From positions 1 to 26,870 of the forward strand of contig JAWXCN010000082.1 in NCBI GenBank assembly GCA_034408725.1: a stretch of DNA of 26,870 nucleotides, given 5' to 3'. Positions 16,225-24,300 of this stretch are shown here, in pieces. Numbering within the stretch: the first letter of the stretch is position 1; the number at the start of each line of letters is the position of its first letter. The notes below the pieces were generated by a model that worked only from the letters and a program-made list of their open reading frames with translations, had not been told where the DNA came from and did no database searches. This stretch comes from Candidatus Hydrogenedentota bacterium (GTDB lineage: Bacteria; Hydrogenedentota; Hydrogenedentia; Hydrogenedentales; SLHB01). Made by a program: the position numbers and the translations under genes.

Positions 16225-18156
16225 TTACACTACCGAGGCGATTACCGGCCTCTGATTTGATTGGACAACGACCGGCAACCAGCTCTCGAGTTGGCGTTGC
16301 GTTTCCGCAATCGTACACGCGATGTTGTCCGCGCCCGCTTCGCGCAATTGTTCCTGGATGGCTTCCGGATTTCCCCGCGCTCCCCAGCGGCCAACGAGAA
16401 TTTTAACATCGGGAGACCGCGCCCGCAGCCGTTTGCAAAGGTGGCGCGTATGCGCCAGTCCGCCGGGCGGCAACGCCGCGATGCAAACCAATTGGGCGCT
16501 GCCCTCGGAAACCCGCTCAACCACTTCGGAGACGAGCGTTTCTCCGCTAATGGTCTCGACTTCCCACTGCCGTTCGTCGAGCGCCATACCGAATAATTCC
16601 ACCGCCAACCGGTCCTCTTCATCGTGGGCAGGACATGCGAGCACCTGGATGCGTGGCAACCGGGGAGATTCGCTCTCGATCGGCGCGTCGGCGGACCGTT
16701 TCCGGTCGCCAAAATCTTCGAGCATTTCCCGAATTGACTGGAGCACAAAAGTTTCGTCGTCTTTCGTCAGCTCGTTGGCGGCGCGATCCCGTTTGAGATA
16801 GGTCAATGCAGGCACGACAAGACTGTCGAAACAAGTCCCCGGCGACGCTTTTTCCTCGGCCAGGAGCAATCCTTCGGCTTCATCATGATCGTGCGCGAGC
16901 AGACGCTGATAGAACGTCACGTGGTTGGCGAGCGCCGGCTCATCGCTCATCATCACGACGAGTGATTCCAGTCGCGAGACATGCCGGCCCAGCACGGTCA
17001 GACACACGGTGAGCGGCGCGGAAAGCACGAGGCCAATCGGCCCCCACAGCAGCGTCCAGAACGCGGCCGAGACTATCATCGCGACTTCGGAAACTCCAAT
17101 GCTGCGTCCGTAGAGCAGTGGCTCCATAATGTTGTTGGATACGAGTTCCAGAACAATCAGCAGACCTATTACGGTGAGGGGTTGCCACCATCCTGTGAAC
17201 TGCGCGAAACTCATCACAACCGGAAGTATCGCGGCAATCGTTGCACCGATGTATGGCACATAGCGCAGGAGCGCCGCCAGAAATCCCCACAACGGCGCAT
17301 ACGCGACGCCAATGGCGTACAGGCCGATACCCCAGGCCAAGCCATAGGTCGAGTTGATGATGAACTGCATGAACAGAAAGCGCGAGATGCGTTCGCCCGC
17401 TTCATCGACGGCTTTGGTAGTAGCGCTCATCCGCCCGTCGCCCACAAGCCAGATGAAGCGGTTGCGTAATGCTTCGCGCCGCAGAAGCGTAAAAATCACC
17501 AGGACAAGCGCGAGCCCGAAACTGACTACGCTTCCCAAAACTTCTCCGGCGATATACGGCGCGCGCTCCATCCAGGTAGGACTTTCCAGTCTGGCGACGA
17601 CAGGGTCAGTATCGGTGCCAGAAGCAGTAGCCTCAGTAGCAGCAGTAGTCTCGGTAGCAGCAGTGGTCTTAGTCGCAATGGTAGTCTCAGTATCAGCAGT
17701 GGTCTCAGTCGCGATGGTGGTTTCAGTAACAATGGTTTCAATGGGTTCCGAATTCAATTCCTTCGAGATTTCCCCAAACATCCATTCCAACCGGTCCATG
17801 GTGGCGCCTTCGCTCATCATGCGTATATCTCGAATACGGTTCCGGATATTTTGGGTGTATCCAGGAAGTTCGCCGGCCAAGCTCGAAATCTGGCCCACTG
17901 CAATCCAGAGGACTGCCCCGAAAGCAATCGAAACGCAACTCACCACAAGGACGACCGATACTGCTCGCCCGACGCGCAGGCCCTCAACGCGTTTGACAAG
18001 GGGCGTCAGCAAGAACGTGAGGAACATTGCCAGCGCAATGGGGATAAAAATGGCCTGCGCAAAATAGAGGATCGCCACGATTGCCAAGAAGACGACCGTG
18101 TTACTCAGCACGATTACCGCCCGTTGCCAGGGAGCCGCCGTCAACGATCTACCCAC
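16225..18156 (-). CDS. AI-2E family transporter with C-terminal B12-binding-like Rossmann domain
   Basis: GTG start with RBS GGAGGGGG; AI-2E motifs IPIALA.FL.FLL.P, LRYVPYIG, NNIMEP.LYG and W..LWGPIGLVLS.PLT; C-terminal FYQRLLA and ICI.ALPPGG-type segment. Confidence 0.9.
   Translation of the reverse strand: MGRSLTAAPWQRAVIVLSNTVVFLAIVAILYFAQAIFIPIALAMFLTFLLTPLVKRVEGLRVGRAVSVVLVVSCVSIAFGAVLWIAVGQISSLAGELPGYTQNIRNRIRDIRMMSEGATMDRLEWMFGEISKELNSEPIETIVTETTIATETTADTETTIATKTTAATETTAATEATASGTDTDPVVARLESPTWMERAPYIAGEVLGSVVSFGLALVLVIFTLLRREALRNRFIWLVGDGRMSATTKAVDEAGERISRFLFMQFIINSTYGLAWGIGLYAIGVAYAPLWGFLAALLRYVPYIGATIAAILPVVMSFAQFTGWWQPLTVIGLLIVLELVSNNIMEPLLYGRSIGVSEVAMIVSAAFWTLLWGPIGLVLSAPLTVCLTVLGRHVSRLESLVVMMSDEPALANHVTFYQRLLAHDHDEAEGLLLAEEKASPGTCFDSLVVPALTYLKRDRAANELTKDDETFVLQSIREMLEDFGDRKRSADAPIESESPRLPRIQVLACPAHDEEDRLAVELFGMALDERQWEVETISGETLVSEVVERVSEGSAQLVCIAALPPGGLAHTRHLCKRLRARSPDVKILVGRWGARGNPEAIQEQLREAGADNIACTIAETQRQLESWLPVVVQSNQRPVIASVV
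17617..17724 (-). repeat. In-frame 18-bp tandem repeat (6 units) inside the AI-2E gene
   Basis: Units encode ETTIAT, ETTADT, ETTIAT, KTTAAT, ETTAAT and EATASG. Confidence 0.9.
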
Positions 18157-18188
18157 AAGACCCCCTCCGTGCTTTTATGCCACGACAA

Positions 18189-18977
18189 TCAGGCCTGCTC
18201 CGCGCCCGGATCGGGCGCGTATGCGGGTGGTTCCGCCGGTGCGGTCGTACTCGGGCGCCGCAACGTCCAACTGTCGGGAAGTATGCGTCCGCGAATCGGT
18301 TTTCCTCCCAATTTCAGGGTGAATTGATTGATTGCATCTTCCAGCGGCTGGTTGATCGCGGCGGGCGCGGATTTCATCGCAAGGTCCCGGACGATACCGA
18401 ACAACGTCCCAAGTGCGAGCCCTTTCAGCAACTGAATCTCGTCGTGGAACATTTCGCCCATACGGATTCCCATTTTTTCTCTCGCGTCTTTCACCGTCTC
18501 GACGTCGAGCTGGGTTTCAAGGGGAGCGGGGGCGGGCGTTTTTTCTTTAATGGGAACAGCTTTCTCGACAATGCGAACCGGTCCAATTTCTGGATCGGCA
18601 AGCACCGACATGAACCCGTTATACCTATCGGTCAACGCACCGCCGTTAGCGGGGTGAGAACCATTGCCATTTGGACGATCCCGCAAATACGCCGTTCCCA
18701 CGTACCCCACCGCCGCCGCGCCAGCGATCATGGCCCAAGGGTGCCGGACAACATGCCGCCGTATATTTACTGCGTTGGACATGTTTTCCTTTGCGTCATG
18801 ATACGTGCGTTGAACGGAGTCCACAGTATCGGTTACCGTGTCGATCACGTCATTCACGCGTTCCTTCGCATCACTAAAAGTGCCTTCCACCTGCTGCTCC
18901 AGTTGATCCAGTTTGTCTGTCAGCGCCGCCCGGCGTTCCATCATGCGTTGACGGATTTCCTCTGAGCCGTTATCCAT
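18189..18977 (-). CDS. DUF3618/DUF883-like coiled-coil protein with membrane helix
   Basis: N-terminus EEIRQRMMERRAALTDKLDQLE; VRHPWAMIAGAAAVGYV anchor motif; lies directly after the holin-like gene. Confidence 0.75.
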   Translation of the reverse strand: MDNGSEEIRQRMMERRAALTDKLDQLEQQVEGTFSDAKERVNDVIDTVTDTVDSVQRTYHDAKENMSNAVNIRRHVVRHPWAMIAGAAAVGYVGTAYLRDRPNGNGSHPANGGALTDRYNGFMSVLADPEIGPVRIVEKAVPIKEKTPAPAPLETQLDVETVKDAREKMGIRMGEMFHDEIQLLKGLALGTLFGIVRDLAMKSAPAAINQPLEDAINQFTLKLGGKPIRGRILPDSWTLRRPSTTAPAEPPAYAPDPGAEQA

Positions 18978-19363
18978 TCGACGTTCTCCTGCATCGCCCG
19001 TTTCGTTTCCACGAACGGGGCGCCAACACTTCGTATACTTCTACTTCCCAACCACGCGACGACACCTCCGGTAAGAGCGATTGGCGCTCCTACGACCCCG
19101 AAGCAGGCCCAAAGCGGGAGCGAGGGATACAGCGCCACCAGCACGTAGACCAGCATGAAAGACAAAAGCGCCACGCCCAGCAGGACGAGCAGACCTCCGC
19201 ATGCCATCAAAATCGTTGCCGACTTAGCCGCGCTCAACCGCTCCTCGACCTCGAGCCGCAGGAGCGTCAATTGCTGACGGGCGAGTTCCTGTGCATCATC
19301 GAAAATGCCAGACACCAAGTGGGTCACAGGCGCTTTCGCGTGCACGTTGGCTTCGCGCTCCAT
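18941..19363 (-). CDS. YqjE-like two-TM membrane protein (phage holin family 3_6 type)
   Basis: LVSGIFDDAQELARQQLTLLRLEV followed by two TM helices; overlaps the next gene by 37 nt. Confidence 0.82.
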   Translation of the reverse strand: MEREANVHAKAPVTHLVSGIFDDAQELARQQLTLLRLEVEERLSAAKSATILMACGGLLVLLGVALLSFMLVYVLVALYPSLPLWACFGVVGAPIALTGGVVAWLGSRSIRSVGAPFVETKRAMQENVEWITAQRKSVNA

Positions 19364-19369
19364 CCCGCC

Positions 19370-19800
19370 CTAGCTCCTTCGTGATGTGGCTTGGGCGATG
19401 AGGAACCCCACGCCAATGGCGGCAAGCAATGCCGGAATTGGGTTGCGGCGGACCACGTTGGTCAAATCGTCGGCGATACCGCTGAGCCCTTCACTTTGAA
19501 GGTAGTCGCCCGTGCGTTCGAGTGAGTGCGCCACCGCAGAGGTTGCGGTGCCGGCCATACCGCTTTGGGGTGATTTATCGCGCACGGACTCGCCCATTGA
19601 TTTCAGGGTGCCGCCCAGCGACGATGTCGCGTCTTCGGCTTTGTGGCCGACATACGCCGCCGCATCCTCGCCTTGCGCATGACTGCAGACGCCGCATCTT
19701 TGGCGCGATGGCCAGCAGAAACTGCCTTGTCGCCGATGGCGTCGGCCGCATCCGTGGCCATGCCGATGCTATTTTCCACTTCGGGATAGGTCGTATTCAT
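19370..19800 (-). pseudogene. ElaB/YqjD (DUF883)-like tail-anchored protein with a 1-nt frameshift
   Basis: ATG 19800 (MNTTYPE...) joins the 19370-19597 frame if one base is restored near 19670, giving ...MRKAEDAAAYVGHKAEDATSSLGG...VRRNPIPALLAAIGVGFLIA (143 aa). Confidence 0.75.
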
Positions 19801-19871
19801 GACTGTCCTTTCACAACTCTGATTTCGAGTTATTGGTCGCTTTGGCACGGCGTGCGCCGTGTTTCCTGCCG

Positions 19872-20405
19872 TTATATTGCTTCAATGGAAATCTTGAATT
19901 CGTTTGTGGCTTCCGCGCCGACGGCGGGCGAACCGTTAACTTTGATCATAAAATCGCCGACTGCTGCGTCCGCTGACGCGGTGATCATGACGTCGGCCTC
20001 GGTTTCACCGTTCTTGATCACGGGTGACGCTGGTTCGACGGTCACACCGGGAGGTACGTTCGCAAATTCGAGCGTAACATCCTGGCTCATATTGTCACCG
20101 CGATTGATTTCGATTTGGGTGGCTTTCGATTCGCCTTGCTTCAGGTTTGTGGCCAAGTTCGGAACGTCCAAGGTAAACGTGTTTTCGCTGGGTCCCAACA
20201 CTTTCGTGCTGGTATCCTGTAACAAAGACGTGTCGGTTTCGGTGCGGACACCGTCACGAACTGGTTCGGTGGTCATTGGTTCCGTCGTCACTGGCGTCGT
20301 TCGTTCTACGGTCCTGTCTACGCCCGGACCGCCTGGCGTGCCACTATCGCACCCGCCAATTAGTACAATGGACGCCGCTGCTAACGTTGCTGCTAAGCCT
20401 TTCAT
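19872..20405 (-). CDS. Hypothetical lipoprotein with Thr-rich linker and beta-rich C-terminal domain
   Basis: ATG 20405 with RBS AAAGGT; signal MKGLAATLAAASIVLIGG-C; GTPGGPG. Confidence 0.8.
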   Translation of the reverse strand: MKGLAATLAAASIVLIGGCDSGTPGGPGVDRTVERTTPVTTEPMTTEPVRDGVRTETDTSLLQDTSTKVLGPSENTFTLDVPNLATNLKQGESKATQIEINRGDNMSQDVTLEFANVPPGVTVEPASPVIKNGETEADVMITASADAAVGDFMIKVNGSPAVGAEATNEFKISIEAI

Positions 20406-20438
20406 AATCGTCACCTTTCAAGTACGACCGCGTTCCGG

Positions 20439-20642
20439 TTAGGAACGGAGCCCGTTAATGAAATCGGTGAGCTCCTGCTCGACCCGATCTTTCGCATACC
20501 CATATCTTTCCTGGAGCTTTCCGGCGAGCTGATCGCGTTTTCCGTTAACCTCGCTTACATCATCGTCGGTCAATTTGCCCCAACGCTCTTTCACATCACC
20601 TTTTAACTGCTTCCAACTTCCCTCGACCTTGTCCCACGACAT
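20439..20642 (-). CDS. csbD: CsbD/YjbJ family general stress protein
   Basis: RBS AAGGAGG; WDKVEGSWKQLKGDVKERWGKLTDDD...G.RDQL.GKLQERYG. Confidence 0.93.
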   Translation of the reverse strand: MSWDKVEGSWKQLKGDVKERWGKLTDDDVSEVNGKRDQLAGKLQERYGYAKDRVEQELTDFINGLRS

Positions 20643-20680
20643 TGATGATCCTCCTTTTTTTGATGATGCCGATGCGGGTG

Positions 20681-20845
20681 CTAGAATCCGCGCGGAAGAT
20701 AGCCCAAGAGCATCATCACCACGACGATTACCAGCACAACTCCCAGGACGCCACTCGGTCCATAGCCCCAACCCCGACTGTACGGCCACGCCGGGAGGCC
20801 GCCGGCGAGCAGCACGATTAGAATAATTAGCAAAATCAGGCCCAT
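20681..20845 (-). CDS. DUF3309 family small membrane protein (54 aa)
   Basis: MGLILLIILIVLLAGGLPAWPYSRGWGYGPSGVLGVVLVIVVVMMLLGYLPRGF; LP.WP.SR.WGY.PSG signature; RBS AAGGAGA; not in the ORF track. Confidence 0.9.
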   Translation of the reverse strand: MGLILLIILIVLLAGGLPAWPYSRGWGYGPSGVLGVVLVIVVVMMLLGYLPRGF

Positions 20846-21362
20846 CGGAGTCTCCTTCATTTTTTCTTCCGCTTGTTGACCGTGCGTTGCTTGATCAACT
20901 ACCTATGGTTGTACCCCGATTCCGCAAACAGGAACATAAGACAAGGTTTCAAAATGATGTAGGACGATTGGAAAAGCTGAAAGAACGGTATTCGGTGGAG
21001 CGGAAATGTAAAATAGGGTGAATCGTGGCGGGCGCGCCACGAGTTGATGGATGCTTCAATCGATCAACAGAGAACTTTGGTTATCGCGATACATCTTTTC
21101 GAATGGAACCGCTCTGTCAAAGCGAGACGCGCGAAACGGTGAATCCGTCACAACCCTTATGGACACCAATGGATAGAGCGCTCAACGGGATACTTCTGGG
21201 ATTACAACATCCGTCCGCAAGGTTATCTATGTAAAACTAAGTCGAATTGGGGGCAGGGCAATCAGCGGATATGCCAAATAAAATCGCTGGCAAAGTCCAG
21301 GATATTGTCCATTTTATCCTTATTTCGAGGTGCAGCAGACAGCAAGGGACTTTTTCGCATTT

Positions 21363-24300
21363 ATGCCACCCACTCTTCCGCCGCTGACAAAAACATTCGG
21401 ACGGCTCTCGAACTGGTATCAAACCGTGTATCACACAGTTACCGGGAACGGGATCGGTTTTTCGGCGGATGAACAGCCGTTGCGCGCCGAACTGTATAGC
21501 GTGCACCAACTCGAGTTGCACGCCAAGGCGGTGGCGGCAACGCACGAACTCGCAGCGCGCCGCACCCCGAACCGGCTGATAGCGCGTCTTGAAAAGAACG
21601 AACGGGTTCTAACCCGGACCTATGAATCCCTCGCCATCGCGGTCGAAAAAAAATACCAGATTACCCCGGCGGCGGAATGGCTTCTCGACAGTTTTTACGC
21701 CATTGAAGATCAAATCCGCGCCGCGCGCCGGCATTTGCCGCGATCGTTCAGCCAGTCTTTGCCACAGCTTTCGAGCGGCCCTGCGGCCGGTATGCCCCGC
21801 GTGTATGGCATCGCGACTGAACTCATTTCTCACGCCGATGGCGCCATCGATAACGCCAGCCTTGGCGCTTTCATTGCCGCGTACCAGACCATCACGCCGT
21901 TGACCCTGGGCGAACTTTGGGCGATCCCGATCATGTTACGGCTTGCCCTTATCGAGAACCTTCGGCGGGTCTCGGTGCGCGTTGCCGCAAGCCTGCGCGA
22001 TCGGGATGAAGCGACCGAGTGGGCCCTCCGGATGGTCACCATCGTCGAGAAGAACCCGACCGATCTTGTCCTTGTGCTTGCGGACATGGCGCGCGCGGAT
22101 CCGCCGCTGACGAGCACGTTCGTCGCGGAACTGACACGCCACCTGCACGGGCAGAGTCCTCATTTCGCGTTTGCGCAAGGCTGGCTCGAACACCGCCTTT
22201 CCGAACGTGGCGTGACGATCAGCCAACTGGTCCAGATCGAAAGCCAAACCCAGGCGGCGGACCAGGTGTCAATTGGCAACAGCATTACGAGCCTTCGTTT
22301 GCTCGGTTCGACGGATTGGCGGGATTTTGTCGAAAGCCAAAGCGTTGTCGAAAGTGTTTTACGCCATGACCCCGGCGGTGTGTACGCGGACATGGGGTTT
22401 GTCACGCGCGACCGCTATCGTCACGTGGTTGAACAAATTGCAAAGTACGCCGGACTTCCCGAAGCGGACGTTGCGCTTCACGCAGTCCGTCTTGCCGAGG
22501 CCGCGTTCGTCCGCGAACCGGGGAACCGCTGTGCCCACGTGGGCTATTACCTGATTGACAAGGGCCGCGACGAACTGGAGCGGCGCGCCCGGATGCGCGC
22601 GCCGGTCTCGATGAAGATCAATCGGGCTTTTCAACGGCATCCTCTTTTGTATTACGTGTCGGGAATCGCAGCGCTCGCGCTTTGCGTGATTTTGGCGTTT
22701 TTCCAATGGACGGGCGCGGGTGAAGCGCCGGTATGGATGCTGGCCGCCATCGCGGCGCCCGCACTCATGTGCGCCACGCAATTTGCGATTAACGTCGTTA
22801 ACTGGTTGGTCACCATCGTCGTTGCGCCAAAGCCGCCGCCCCGAATGGATTTCCGCGCGGCGATTCCGCGTGAACACCGCACCATGGTGGTCATCCCGAC
22901 CCTGATCACGTCTAAGCAGGGGATTCACGATCTCCTGGATCGGCTGGAAGTTCACTATGTCGGGAATAGCGACAAGCACCTCCACTTCGCGCTACTTACG
23001 GATTTGAAAGACGCATCACAGGAAATCCTGCCGGAGGACGAAGCGCTGGTGCGCCGAGCGCGCGAAGGCATCGAGGCGCTTAACGAAAAGTACGCGGACG
23101 ATCGGCGGGACATTTTTTTTCTGTTTCATCGCCCGCGCAAGTGGAGCGCCGCGGACAAGGTCTGGATGGGATACGAACGGAAACGAGGCAAGCTAAGGGA
23201 ATTTACGGGACTTCTTCGCGGGGGATCGTTCGACAGTTTTTCAGAAGTCGTGGGCGACGTGCAGGTGCTTCCGGAAATCCAATACGTCATTACGCTTGAT
23301 ACGGACACGTTGCTTCCGCGCGACGCCGCTCGTGAACTCACCGGCGCAATGGCCCATCCCTTGAACCGCCCTGTGATCGACGCGCGGCTGCGGCGCGTGG
23401 TCGAGGGCTATGGGATTTTACAGCCGCGTGTGGCCATAAGCCTGCCGACGGCATCCAAGTCGTGGTTTGTCCGCCTGTTTGCGATTGATTCCGGCCTGGA
23501 CCCGTATACGCGTGTCGTCTCCGACGTTTACCAGGATGTTTTCGGCGAGGGCACATTCATTGGAAAGGGCATCTACGACGTCGACGCATTTCATCAGACC
23601 TGCGATCATTTTCCAGAGAACGCAATCCTCAGTCATGATCTGCTTGAAAGCGCGTATGCGCGTTCCGCGCTAATGAGCGACGTGGAACTTTACGAAGACT
23701 ATCCTTCGCGGTATGCAGTGGATGCAAGCCGCCGGCATCGGTGGATTCGTGGGGATTGGCAAATCGCGCGTTGGATTATGCCGCGCGTACACGGGCCGGA
23801 AGGGCGGTCCGTGAAGAACCCAATATCGGCGCTGTCCTGGTGGAAAATCGCCGACAACCTGCGGCGTAGTCTGGTTCCCCCGGCGATGATTGCGTTGCTC
23901 ACATTGGGTTGGCTGTTTTCCTGGCCCTTGCTTGCCGCGTACGCGACCGGTCTCGTCGTTGCCGTATTTGTGGTTGCCCCCCTGCTTTCCGCGATAGCGG
24001 AATTGGCGCGCAAGCCGGTTGATCTCGACTGGTTTACTCACTTTCGGGCGTATCAACCCGACATGGCGCACCGTGCGGCCCAAGTTTTGTTCAATATCAT
24101 CTTCCTGCCCTACGAAGCGTTTCTCAGCCTTGACGCGGTAACGCGCACCTTGGCGCGCGTGTGGTGGACACGCCGCCGTATGTTGGAATGGACGACGTCG
24201 TCGGACGCCGAACGGTTCGCCCGAACGTCGCTTGCTGGCCATATGCTCACCATGTGGGCGGGACCCGCCGCGGCGGCATTACTGGGAATTGCGACGGCCA

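Noticed and set aside
18941-19363. Prophage inferred from the holin-like gene
   Set aside because: No endolysin, integrase or structural genes; the context is a stress operon.
20643-20789. N-terminal extension of CsbD in the ORF track
   Set aside because: Overlaps DUF3309 in another frame; a strong RBS sits at the ATG at 20642.
21025-21234. 69-aa ORF upstream of cgs
   Set aside because: No motif, weak start and atypical composition; more likely non-coding.
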